From Acidimicrobiia bacterium (GTDB lineage: Bacteria; Actinomycetota; Acidimicrobiia; Spongiisociales; UBA5794): a stretch of 63,103 bases of DNA. The DNA lies in the NCBI GenBank assembly GCA_032127155.1, contig JAQAZV010000063.1, forward strand, positions 1 to 63,103, written 5' to 3'. The number at the start of each line of letters is the position of its first letter. The first letter of the stretch is position 1. The notes beneath the pieces are model-generated. The model made no database searches, had not been told where the DNA came from, and worked only from the letters and a program-made list of their open reading frames with translations. Made by a program: the position numbers and the translations under genes. Positions 48,801 to 57,088 of the stretch are shown piece after piece.

Positions 48801-49160
48801 ATCATCTGGCGAGTAGATCCTTGCAACGCCCTCGGCGAGAAGTGCATCACCCTCCTCGGGAAGGATCGTTCCTCCCCCACCGCCGAAGACCCGGATATCG
48901 GCGCCACCCATATCGTCGAGGAGCTGCCTGAGATATCGGAAGAACTCCATGTGCCCACCCTGGTAGGACGTCACGGCCACCGCGTGGGCGTCTTCTTCGA
49001 CGGCAGCCTCCGCGATCTCGAACGCGGACCGATCGTGCCCGAGGTGGATCACCTCGGCTCCCGATGACTGGAGGATGCGGCGCATGATGTTGATCGACGC
49101 GTCATGACCGTCAAACAGCGACGTCGCAGTGACGATCCGAACGCGGGGCTCCAAAGTCAT
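45834..49160 (-). CDS. icmF: Fused isobutyryl-CoA mutase IcmF (B12 domain + MeaB-like GTPase + mutase domain)
   Basis: [15 protein letters not shown] (DxHxxG), the [10 protein letters not shown]-loop and a large C-terminal acyl-CoA mutase domain. I prefer ATG 49160 over GTG 49199. Confidence 0.9.
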   Translation of the reverse strand: MTLEPRVRIVTATSLFDGHDASINIMRRILQSSGAEVIHLGHDRSAFEIAEAAVEEDAHAVAVTSYQGGHMEFFRYLRQLLDDMGGADIRVFGGGGGTILPEEGDALLAEGVARIYSPDDGRRLGLSGMIADLMERAAHDQPSTTDLVDRVRSGDIAAIARAITLAENERDTSSDFLSAMRDAASQSSTPVVGFTGTGGAGKSSILDELVLRYRKDFPDKTIAVISVDPSRRRTGGALLGDRIRMNAVSGPSTYMRSLATRQPNLAMSPHVADAVAIVKAAGYDLVFLETSGIGQSDTEIVDQSDLSVYVMTPEFGAATQLEKIDMLDFADIVTINKADRRGAEDALRDVRKQYKRNHLLFEADDSTLPVLATVASQFNDAGTHRLYETLMATLAEQHEESFGSITSRKGRATSESLVPRSRTRYLSEISKAIRSYNADTESVARSAADLEALERASILTDTPAPEAIVGRVRSRIPDDVAAALEAWDERAAAYRPGEMTYSVRGRDIHVDNAVTSLSGTVFPKVIHPRIDGWSDRVRWLRQENLPGHFPFAAGVFPFKRQAEDPTRMFAGEGGPEQTNRRFHYLARDMPAVRLSTAFDSVTLYGNDPAPRPDIYGKIGNSGVSVPTMDDAKKLYSGFDLLSPTTSVSMTINGPAPMMLAFFLNAAIDQACERHIVDNGLVEEVNIAIDAIFADRDAARPEYHGVLPEGHDGTGLMLLGVSGADVLPADVYERIRADTLRTVRGTIQADILKEDQAQNTCIFSTEFALSMQGDIQQYFVEHDVDNFYSVSISGYHMAEAGANPITQLAFTLANGFTFVEYFLARGMEVDDFAPNLSFFFSNGLDPEYAVIGRVARRIWAKAMRDVYGAGERSQKLKYHIQTSGRSLHAQEIEFNDIRTTLQALYAIYDNTNSLHTNAYDEAITTPTEDSVRRALAIQLIINREFGLNRNENTLQGSTIIAELTDLVEEAVMAEFDRLTDRGGVLGAMETMYQRSKIQEESLAYETLKDNGGLPIIGVNTFLSREGSPFVRPAEVIRSSDTDKDILITDVRGLHEREAKNAEAALDHLQQVALEGGNVFAALMDAVRYCSLGQLSAALFEVGGRYRRNM

Positions 49161-49240
49161 GGCGCAAGGATAGGGAGCAGACGCCGGCCCCCGGATCACC
49201 GCTGCGACAGATCAGATCTTCCGGTAGGTGGCGTCAAGGT

Positions 49241-49657
49241 TCATGGAGCCGCAACGCCACAGGCGTTGAGCGCGACATCCTCGACTTCGCCGCCGTAGGT
49301 GACGCGTTCGAAAGCCGCGACGAGGGCGATCTCGTCGGCGGACAGGATGTTCTCGTGGGATGGCATCCCGCCCTCGACGGGGGTCGCGTTGGCACCCCTC
49401 GTATCGCCGTACATGTCCTTCCACCGGTCGGAACCCAGCGTCACCCACTCGATGTGGTCCGCGCAGGAGGGAAAGGTCGAGGTGACCTCGCGCAGTGATG
49501 GCCCGGTGCCTCCTTCGCCCCGACTCCCGTGGCATGCCGAGCACTGCGCGCCGTAGACATCACGTCCCTGCGCAAGGGGCGAGCCAGAGGTGGTTCCCCC
49601 TCCGCACCCCATGAGGAGCACGGCGCAGGCCACAGCTATGAGAACGGAGCGGGGCAT
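49241..49657 (-). CDS. Lipoprotein-anchored class I c-type cytochrome
   Basis: Lipobox LLMGC, heme motif CSACH and a candidate distal Met in GGMPSH. Confidence 0.85.
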   Translation of the reverse strand: MPRSVLIAVACAVLLMGCGGGTTSGSPLAQGRDVYGAQCSACHGSRGEGGTGPSLREVTSTFPSCADHIEWVTLGSDRWKDMYGDTRGANATPVEGGMPSHENILSADEIALVAAFERVTYGGEVEDVALNACGVAAP

Positions 49658-49753
49658 GCAGCGATGGTAAACGAAATACTGCGTTCGAAGCGGCAGGCAA
49701 CATGTGCTGCGCCTACTGTATCCGCGGGCCGAATTGACAGGGAAGGAATCACA

Positions 49754-51001
49754 ATGTCAGATCGCATTCGTCCGCAACTGTGGCCAGCGGTCGCACCGTT
49801 GTTCATCGTTGCGATGGTCCTCTTCGTTTTCACCATCGTGGTCGGAATCCTCAACGGAATGGACGTGTACTCCCCGGACCACGACACGCTGATGACCCAC
49901 GTCCATGCGGGGACGCTCGGTTTCATCACGCTGTCCGTTGCCGGTACTGCAATGTTGGTCTTCACGGAGGGCCGAGAACTCTCCGAACACCTGGTCGGCC
50001 GAGCAAAGGTGCTCGCGTGGACCCTCGCCGCTGCGATCGGCCTCTACGTCCTGGCGTTCTTCGCGGGTGACCGCATCCCCGGCGATCGTATCCAAAGGCC
50101 CATCGTCGGATCATTGCTGTTCATCGTCGTGCTGTGGTTCGGCTGGTGGCTGTTCAAGCAGAACAAGGGGTACGACCGCTCGAGTGTCGTTCGTCTCGGA
50201 CTCGGGTTGTCGTGGGTGTCGCTCATCGTCGGCGCCACCCTCGGCGTACTCCTCGGGATATTCAGTGCCAGGGGGGAAGTGCCAGGGCTCGGCAACGATG
50301 CAGCCGCAGCACTCGCTGACGCCCATCCACCCTCGATGGTCATTGGTTTCCTCGTGCTCGCCGCGGTCTCGATCACGGAGTGGCTGATACGTGATCCCAA
50401 GCCGTTCCGCGAGGATCGTTGGGGCGTCGCTCAGATGTTGGTGACCTTCACCGCGGGCATCCTTGTCATCATCGCCCTCGTGGGATCGATCGATCCACTT
50501 CTCGGCCCAGCGAACATGATGGAGTTGTTCTCGGTCGGCATTCTCGTGGTTCGTCTCAGGCACCAGCTCATGCCTGACGGGTGGAAAGGCGCTGGCGTCT
50601 CGGTCTACGGCCGCGTGAGCATCCTCTTCCTCATCGCTGACCTCGTCGTCCTCACCTATCTCGTGTCGCAGGTGATCTCAGAGGCGATGGACTTCGACGC
50701 CCTCACCGATGCCCAGTTCGGCCTGATCCTGACCCTCGATCACCTCATGTTCGTGGGTGTCATGGCAATTGCCCTGTTCGGTGTCATGGCCAAGGGCGCC
50801 CATCCCGATGGCCTCACCACCGTGGACAAGATCGTCCTGTGGGGTGTCACCATCGGGATCACGGGGTTCGCAATCGGGCTCCTCACCGTGACTCCGGAGA
50901 TCAAGAGGATGGCCACGCCCGTGCTCGGGTTGGCGCTGCTGATCGGTATCGGATCCTACGTCGTGGAATTGGCGAAGGCTTCATCCCTGCCGAGAACCTG
51001 A
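49754..51001 (+). CDS. Polytopic (roughly 12-TM) membrane protein with His-containing TM motifs, unknown function (NnrS-like?)
   Basis: ATG 49754 follows GGAAGGAA. It carries the motifs THVHAGTLGF, DAHPPSMVIGF and LDHLMFVG. The family assignment is tentative. Confidence 0.55.
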   Translation: MSDRIRPQLWPAVAPLFIVAMVLFVFTIVVGILNGMDVYSPDHDTLMTHVHAGTLGFITLSVAGTAMLVFTEGRELSEHLVGRAKVLAWTLAAAIGLYVLAFFAGDRIPGDRIQRPIVGSLLFIVVLWFGWWLFKQNKGYDRSSVVRLGLGLSWVSLIVGATLGVLLGIFSARGEVPGLGNDAAAALADAHPPSMVIGFLVLAAVSITEWLIRDPKPFREDRWGVAQMLVTFTAGILVIIALVGSIDPLLGPANMMELFSVGILVVRLRHQLMPDGWKGAGVSVYGRVSILFLIADLVVLTYLVSQVISEAMDFDALTDAQFGLILTLDHLMFVGVMAIALFGVMAKGAHPDGLTTVDKIVLWGVTIGITGFAIGLLTVTPEIKRMATPVLGLALLIGIGSYVVELAKASSLPRT

Positions 51002-51253
51002 TCACGCACCTCCTCGCACCGATCTGAGGCGATGGGTCTCCCCGGTTCTCCTCGCCCATCGCGCGCGGTCGAATGCTGTGAGTTACATCGATGTGAGTAC
51101 CCGAATCGCGACCCTACGGTCTCTTGACCAAGCGTGACCAACACCGCACGGTGAGGCGCAAGATGTGGTCCAGGACCATGGCCTCGGTCGGTGATCGTCG
51201 ACCACGCTCGTCGCCATCCGAGGCGTCGGACCGAACCGATTGGACCCCGACTC

Positions 51254-51817
51254 ATGAAGTATGTGCTCTCCCTCGTCGCGCTCGTCGTGGCACTCGCCGT
51301 CCCCGCCCCGGCTCAGGCTGCCTCCATGATTGGCATGATCAACGGAGCACGCAGCGCTCCTATCGACAACCACGCCACCCTCGCTGCGGCCGCCGTAGCG
51401 CACTCCGCTCGCATGGCTGCGGAGGGTCGCGTCTTCCACAGCTCGAATCTCACCAGCATCACCTCGGATTGGGAAGCGATGGCCGAGAATGTCGGTGTTG
51501 GTGCCGATGTCGCCCAGGTATTCAACGCATTCATGGCGTCATCGCCCCATCGCGCGAACATCACAGGCGACTACACGCACGCTGGCGTCGGTACGTACAC
51601 CGACGACCAGGGACTGGTGTGGGTGACCGTCATCTTCCTGCGCACGGCGGGGACGGCGACGATCGACCAGACCAGCCCGATCGTCACCACGAGCGAACCG
51701 AATGCGCCGGCCCCCCCGCAGCCAACCTCGCCTCGGGAGCGTGAACGCCAGAGGACGCCAGCGTCGGTCGTACCCCACAGGTTCGGCCACGACGGTCTTC
51801 TCCCGATCGCGATCTGA
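51254..51817 (+). CDS. Secreted CAP/SCP (YkwD-like) domain protein
   Basis: Signal peptide ending AQA, then HSARMAAEGRVFHS, AENVG and SSPHRANITGDYTHAGVG, followed by a Pro-rich tail. Confidence 0.8.
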   Translation: MKYVLSLVALVVALAVPAPAQAASMIGMINGARSAPIDNHATLAAAAVAHSARMAAEGRVFHSSNLTSITSDWEAMAENVGVGADVAQVFNAFMASSPHRANITGDYTHAGVGTYTDDQGLVWVTVIFLRTAGTATIDQTSPIVTTSEPNAPAPPQPTSPRERERQRTPASVVPHRFGHDGLLPIAI

Positions 51818-51997
51818 CTTCATCGGACGCGGGGCAACGAAGGCCCCGGTCTTCCTGAATGGTCCACGTTCCACCTGGTGGTGACTTGCTCCCTGCGGGC
51901 TACTGCTCGGGTTGGTGCCAAGGCATGGGGAAGTGCGGAGTGCCTCGGAAGTTCTTCGAGCTCGACCGATCGGCGCCTCGTCTCCCAGCGGGGAGGC

Positions 51998-53110
51998 TCA
52001 CTGGACCGAAGCTGGAAGGTTCCCGGTGATATCTCGATCCGACCGCGCCCGGCTCTCGACCGCATGAACGATCAGGAGGGCGATGCAGAACACGGCGATA
52101 CCGACGACTTGGTGCAGTAGTGCGAAGTACTTGGGGACACCAAGCAGGATGACGCTGACACCGAGCGAGATCTGAATCGCGATGACCACCAGAAGCAACA
52201 TTGTGAGCGGTTCGAGGCGATGGGCACGGTTGGCCCTCCGCCTGACGGCAACGAACAGCGCTACGCCCAGGGCAGCGACGACGAACGCGAACCATCGGTG
52301 TATCCAATGTGAACCAAGCGGCTCGAACAGGCTCATGAACGTTGGGTCGGCGGTCGTGAGAATGCCCCTGGGAAGGAGGTATCCGAACATGAGGGGCCAG
52401 GTGTTCGAGAGGTGCCCTGCCTTCAATCCTGCAACGAGGCCACCGTAGGCGATCTGGAAGATCACGCTTGCGAACACCACCCACGACAGCACCCTGATCG
52501 AGCGTGACAGTCCGTATGCGGCACGGGCGCGCGCCGCATCGATCTGGTCCAAGGCCATCCACAGCACAATGCCGAGCAGCGTCAGGGCTGCGAGCAGGTG
52601 AATCGTCAACCGGAATTCGCTCACCACGGGGCTGTCCTCGAGCCCACTCGAAACCATCACCCAGCCGATCGCTCCCTGGATCCCGAATCCTGCAGCGACC
52701 AGCCAATACCTGATCGACTCACGAGGTGTGACGATGCGTTTCCACATGAACCACAGAAGCGGGAAGACAACAAGCATGCCCGCTATGCGACCGATCAGAC
52801 GATGCGTCCATTCAATGTAGAAGATCTGCTGGTAGGCGGCGATGGTCATGTCGGCGTTCACGAGCTGATACTCCGGCGTTTGCTGGTACAGCTCGAACGA
52901 CTCTTCCCATGCGTCCTGACCGATCGGCGGGAGGATGCCGGTGACAACGTCCCACTCGACGATGGACAGCCCAGCTCGAGACAATCTGGTGTAGCCACCG
53001 ACGATTACGAGCACGACAACAAGGAATGCGACGAGGAAAAGCCACATCGTCACTGGATCCCGAAGGGCCTCCCACCGTGTCCGGTCGGGGGCTTCGGCCT
53101 GAGACTCCAT
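51998..53110 (-). CDS. ctaA: Heme A synthase (COX15/CtaA family)
   Basis: 370 aa, 8 TM segments, GGYTRLSRAGLSIVEWD N-terminal motif and conserved His pairs. Confidence 0.88.
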   Translation of the reverse strand: MESQAEAPDRTRWEALRDPVTMWLFLVAFLVVVLVIVGGYTRLSRAGLSIVEWDVVTGILPPIGQDAWEESFELYQQTPEYQLVNADMTIAAYQQIFYIEWTHRLIGRIAGMLVVFPLLWFMWKRIVTPRESIRYWLVAAGFGIQGAIGWVMVSSGLEDSPVVSEFRLTIHLLAALTLLGIVLWMALDQIDAARARAAYGLSRSIRVLSWVVFASVIFQIAYGGLVAGLKAGHLSNTWPLMFGYLLPRGILTTADPTFMSLFEPLGSHWIHRWFAFVVAALGVALFVAVRRRANRAHRLEPLTMLLLVVIAIQISLGVSVILLGVPKYFALLHQVVGIAVFCIALLIVHAVESRARSDRDITGNLPASVQ

Positions 53111-53435
53111 GAGCCAACAGTGTAGGGGCAGGCGGACGTCGGACCGATGCTGTCAGGCGGTGTACCGCCGAACGTTGCCGCCACGGAACTTGTCAGGACA
53201 CCTGTCGCAGATCCCGGACAGCGACGTGGCATGGCTCGTCTACCGACCGGGACGTTTGGCGTCTTGAATCACGAGCCTGTCGGCCGGCAGATCCTCGTGG
53301 TAGGCAGCGATTCGCCCTCGACATCCGAGAGATCTCTCCTGGAGTGGGTGCGAAGGTCCGTCCACATGGTGATCCGCGCCGCTCCCCAACAGTGCATGGC
53401 TGCCGAGGAGCGTGTCCCGATTGCCCTAGAAACGC

Positions 53436-53612
53436 TCAACGATGAGGAGGAAATCGACCTTTCGGGTCGATCCGTTGGATCTGGGCAAGCGTTGTCTTCT
53501 TCACATTCGGAATGATCGACACAACCTCCCCGGTGATCCCATTCAGAAGACCCTCCAACTTCGAGGTGTCCCTCTCCATATGCATCTCCAGGCGATGCAC
53601 GTTGTGGCTCAT
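53436..53612 (-). CDS. Small orphan protein (58 aa), unknown function
   Basis: GAGAGGAGAGG lies 6 nt upstream of ATG 53612 (MSHNVHRLEMHMERDTSKLEGLLNGITGEVVSIIPNVKK...). Third codon positions are more A/T-rich than in the backbone genes. Confidence 0.4.
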   Translation of the reverse strand: MSHNVHRLEMHMERDTSKLEGLLNGITGEVVSIIPNVKKTTLAQIQRIDPKGRFPPHR

Positions 53613-53749
53613 AGGCATCCTCTCCTCTCGCTGGTGGCCGTGAACAAGGGGGCGAGCCCGACCCCTGCGACTGCGACGTTGCCCTCCGCACGAGCTCGGG
53701 TGGGTGTGCCTCCGATGTTCGGCCGACACAGGTATTGCGACCCGTGGGC

Positions 53750-53959
53750 TCACCCTGGGAAGGGGTACCACTGCGTGCCAAAGCCCATCACCTTGCGGCA
53801 GTGTGGGCAGAAGAAGACGAAACCCCTACCGACTCCGAACGATCCTCGAGGTTTGCGCGCATAGATCTCGGGAAGATCGGTTTCGCAGTGCGGGCAAACC
53901 GGCACGAGATCCTCACGCCTGACGACCGCGCACGGCGTCGTCGTTGCTTGAGCATTCAC
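53750..53959 (-). CDS. Small zinc-ribbon protein (2 x CPHC), unknown function
   Basis: 69 aa. AAGGAGG lies 5 nt upstream of GTG 53959. CPHC-N25-CPHC spacing is typical of a 4-Cys zinc ribbon. Confidence 0.5.
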   Translation of the reverse strand: MNAQATTTPCAVVRREDLVPVCPHCETDLPEIYARKPRGSFGVGRGFVFFCPHCRKVMGFGTQWYPFPG

Positions 53960-54085
53960 TCGAACCTCCTTGCTTGCGGATCCTTCACGATCTCATCGTC
54001 TCACCATCGGGACCACACGGGTGACGCTTCTCACGGCGTGCTGGCCGAACCTGTGCGGTCGAAGTGTGTGCATCTGATGAATGCC

Positions 54086-54586
54086 TCAGATGGTCGGCGC
54101 AGGTGTAGGCGTTGGCGTCTGGCGCGCCTGTCGATTCGGGACGACTGCCACGATCAACAGACCAAGAGCCGCGAGTCCGAGGACGATGGCCCCGGTGTAG
54201 CTCTTCGCACTGTCTCGAAGATCGTTGAGGTACGCGTCGGCGTCATCGTTCGCGCCCAGATACTGCCGGGAGCCTTGTTCGTCGAGCCAGGTCCCAGCTT
54301 CATCCGGCGGTCCTGTGAACAGAATCCCTCCATCGCCTTCAACCAGCCTGATCACAGCATCGTTGCCTTCGACCGCAAGTTCGTAGTCACCAGATGCTTC
54401 GGTGTCGAGAGCCCAATCGACGTCGCGCACTTCCACCAACTGGTTGGGCAGGTATCCCTTGGCGATCCCTTCGATGGCCTCCTGTCCGCCGTATTCGCGT
54501 TCAACCCCCAGGACGATGAGGGCTGTGAGCCCGAGGACGACGGCAAGGAGTATCAGGGCCACCCGTACTCCCATGGACATGCGCAT
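54086..54586 (-). CDS. Bitopic membrane protein (N- and C-terminal TM segments, acidic extracytoplasmic domain), unknown function
   Basis: GGGAGGAAAGGAG lies 6 nt upstream of ATG 54586. TM segments VRVALILLAVVLGLTALIVLGV and AIVLGLAALGLLIVAVV. Confidence 0.55.
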   Translation of the reverse strand: MRMSMGVRVALILLAVVLGLTALIVLGVEREYGGQEAIEGIAKGYLPNQLVEVRDVDWALDTEASGDYELAVEGNDAVIRLVEGDGGILFTGPPDEAGTWLDEQGSRQYLGANDDADAYLNDLRDSAKSYTGAIVLGLAALGLLIVAVVPNRQARQTPTPTPAPTI

Positions 54587-54842
54587 GGTGCACTCCTTTC
54601 CTCCCTTCAATCATCCATCCACCCCGTCGGACTGTCGAGAGGGGGCGAGGTCCCGGCTGCGTCTTCGGTAGAGATCCATGTGACGGTGTCGGGCCAGTCA
54701 CGGTGTCTGCTGCTGGCCTACTGCGGCTCCGCCCTTCCCGCCGACACGCATGGCGCACATCATGTGCTGCCGGGGTGTTGAGCGAACTTCCCTGGCAGCT
54801 CACGAGGACCGCTGATGTACTTCCATCTGTGTTCGTGAGACG

Positions 54843-56177
54843 ATGAGGTGGTACGAAGGGACTGCTGTGAGGCGAGGTGCCCGGCTACTGGTCAGCATGG
54901 CTGCGGCCGCCGCGCTGGCGACGGGTTGTGGCTCGAGCGATCTGATACCGGAGTCAGCACCCGACCGTCTGGTCCTGTCCACGTCGTCCTCTTCGTCTTT
55001 CGCCCTTGTCGCCGAGACGACGACCACGGCCCTGGTCCCCACGACACTCGTCACGACGACGGCCACCACGAAGCCACCGATGACGACCACCTCTGACGCT
55101 CCTCGGCCAAAGACGACCACAACCACCCGAGTGTCGGCTCCAGCGTTCAGCTGTCACTCTCAGACGGCGATTCCGATATCCGAGTGTGAAGCGTTGACCG
55201 CCCTTTACGAATCAACCAACGGAACTGACTGGGTGGACAATCAGGGGTGGATGGTCGATCCCGATCCGTGCGAATGGCTGGGTGTGACCTGCAGCGATGG
55301 TTCGGTATCAGAACTGGGCCCAAGCGCGAGCGGCAATGGGCTGGTTGGTAACGTCCTGACAGGTGTACTCCCCCCGGAGCTTGGGAACCTCACCAACCTC
55401 ACGAGATTGGACCTTCCCCATAACTGGATAACTGGAGGCATTCATCCGGAGATTGGCAACCTCACCAACCTCACATACCTTGCCCTCTTCACCAATCGGC
55501 TCTCGGGGACCATCCCACCAGAACTCGGGAACCTCACCGCCCTCACAACCCTGGCTCTTGGGGAGGGGAATCAACTCACAGGACCGATTCCTGCAGAACT
55601 GGGGAACCTCACCAGCCTGGTCAGACTCGGCCTGCGTTCGAACCAGTTGTCTGGACCAATTCCGCCGGAACTGGGGAACCTCGCCAATCTCACGGACATG
55701 GAGCTCAATGGGAATCAGCTATCGGGAACAATCCCGGCCGAACTCGGCAAGCTTGGCAATCTTCTCCATCTCTACCTAGGCGAAAACCAGCTGTCTGGAT
55801 CAATTCCGGCCGAAGTGGGAAGACTCGATCGCCTTCGCGATTTGTCCGTCAGATACAACCAGTTGTCTGGGGAGATCCCGCGGGTGCTAGGGGATCTCTC
55901 GCACCTCGAACGCCTGAAGCTCGATCACAACCAGTTGTCAGGTGCGATCCCAGCCGAACTTGGCAGCCTGGGCCTCACCGGTCTCAATGGGCTGTGGCTC
56001 GATCACAATCAATTCGCTGGAGAGGTCCCAATCGAGATCCAAAATATCTCACTCACAACCATGCCGGGTTTCTGGATCACGCTCCATGGACAGACCGGAT
56101 GCCTCACAACCGCAGATCCAGCATTCGCCGACTGGCTCACCGAGGTCGATCCGGGATGGAACGACGGCTGCGCATAG
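54843..56177 (+). CDS. Lipoprotein with plant-specific-type leucine-rich repeats (about 10 x 24 aa) and Cys-capped ends
   Basis: Lipobox LATGC, a Thr-rich linker and an LRRNT-like cap CEALTALYESTNGTDW...CEWLGVTC. The repeats fit LxxLxLxxNQLSGxIPxELGNL, and a C-terminal Cys pair follows. Confidence 0.85.
   Translation: MRWYEGTAVRRGARLLVSMAAAAALATGCGSSDLIPESAPDRLVLSTSSSSSFALVAETTTTALVPTTLVTTTATTKPPMTTTSDAPRPKTTTTTRVSAPAFSCHSQTAIPISECEALTALYESTNGTDWVDNQGWMVDPDPCEWLGVTCSDGSVSELGPSASGNGLVGNVLTGVLPPELGNLTNLTRLDLPHNWITGGIHPEIGNLTNLTYLALFTNRLSGTIPPELGNLTALTTLALGEGNQLTGPIPAELGNLTSLVRLGLRSNQLSGPIPPELGNLANLTDMELNGNQLSGTIPAELGKLGNLLHLYLGENQLSGSIPAEVGRLDRLRDLSVRYNQLSGEIPRVLGDLSHLERLKLDHNQLSGAIPAELGSLGLTGLNGLWLDHNQFAGEVPIEIQNISLTTMPGFWITLHGQTGCLTTADPAFADWLTEVDPGWNDGCA
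55341..56043 (+). repeat. 72-bp periodic coding repeats (LRR units)
   Basis: The motif GA(A/G)CT(C/G/T)GGGAACCTCACC...CTCAC recurs every 72 nt. It lies within the LRR gene, not in an intergenic array. Confidence 0.8.
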
Positions 56178-56365
56178 AAGGACCGGCCCATCTCCGTCAC
56201 AATGTTCGGTCAGCCGTAGGGTCCGTTTGGCGTGACCGACAGGATCTCGGCCGTAGCCAGTGATGTTGTGCCGCCCGCAAGGACCTCGGCAGTAGCCTGC
56301 GTCATTCGGTGACGACGATCTGTTATCGCCGCACCTCGCACGAAGCTCGATCGAGGAGACGAACC

Positions 56366-56617
56366 ATGGACGGCGTCGCAATCGCCGCACTCGGCGGGCT
56401 GCTCATCGCACTGGTCGTACGGGCCCGATGGGTGGATTCCGTCTTCGCCCCTCCATGGCGCACAGCGAAGCTCGTAGGCATTGCCGTGGCACTCGCTCTC
56501 GCCATCTTCTACCCGCTCGGTTGGGCAGCGGTGGTACTGGTCACCGGAGCGATGCTGATCGAGCCCATCTTCCTGCGGCGCCCGCCCGGGGACAGCGACG
56601 GGCCGACAACTCGGTGA
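56366..56617 (+). CDS. Small 2-3 TM membrane protein, unknown function
   Basis: GAGGAG lies 7 nt upstream of ATG 56366 (MDGVAIAALGGLLIALVV...LVGIAVALALAIFYPLGWAAVVLVTGAML). Confidence 0.5.
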   Translation: MDGVAIAALGGLLIALVVRARWVDSVFAPPWRTAKLVGIAVALALAIFYPLGWAAVVLVTGAMLIEPIFLRRPPGDSDGPTTR

Positions 56618-57088
56618 CGGATCGGGAGTAGGACCTTCGCTTCCTGCCCGCCCATATCGGCAATGTGTGCCGTCAGCGCTGTGCGAACTCCCCCTGCACG
56701 TCTTGGGTCTCGCGGGGATGTCCTCCGGAATCAGACGAAACCAGACCTGCGCGCCCATCTGGGTGGACTGCCGCCCGTCGTAATCCCTTCGATGGATCGA
56801 CGCAACACTCAACTCGCCGTCGTGTTTGGACACGCTACGCTCGAATGGTGAGCACCTCACAGGTTCGTGATGGAACTCGTCTCCGGGAACATGCTGCCGG
56901 AGCAGACTCGATGCAATCTTCACCTCCAGACGCGCCTCGACTGGGCTCCGATCCTTCGGTCCCACTGCTCGCCGGTACTGGGAGATGTGGGACTCATAGG
57001 AATGACGAGCCGAGGGGGAAGACTGTCTGCGCACCGATCCCAGACGCGGCAAGCCCCATCAACGCTGCGCTTCCTTCGGGTTTGAACC

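Noticed and set aside
51124-51129. TTGACC -35-like hexamer upstream of the CAP-domain gene
   Set aside because: No acceptable -10 hexamer lies at 16-19 nt spacing, so a promoter cannot be called by eye.
53147-53515. 122-aa plus-strand ORF in the ctaA-upstream gap
   Set aside because: It has no RBS, an indifferent codon bias and no recognisable motifs. Its 3' end overlaps the better-supported 58-aa minus-strand gene. I left it uncalled.
53735-54781. 348-aa plus-strand ORF
   Set aside because: It is antisense to two ORFs that have strong RBSs and clear TM or zinc-ribbon features. The product is Arg/Cys/His-rich and not protein-like.
55341-56043. Regular 72-bp DNA periodicity that could be mistaken for a repeat array or CRISPR
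   Set aside because: It lies entirely inside one open reading frame and encodes 24-aa leucine-rich repeats. There are no unique spacers or leader.
56210-57052. 280-aa minus-strand ORF (TTG start) with a faint LuxR-HTH-like stretch near its N-terminus
   Set aside because: An HTH at that position would be atypical. The downstream two-thirds are antisense to a convincing small membrane protein gene (56366..56617) and are Cys/Arg-rich. At most it is a decayed fragment, as noted in the ACR3 finding.
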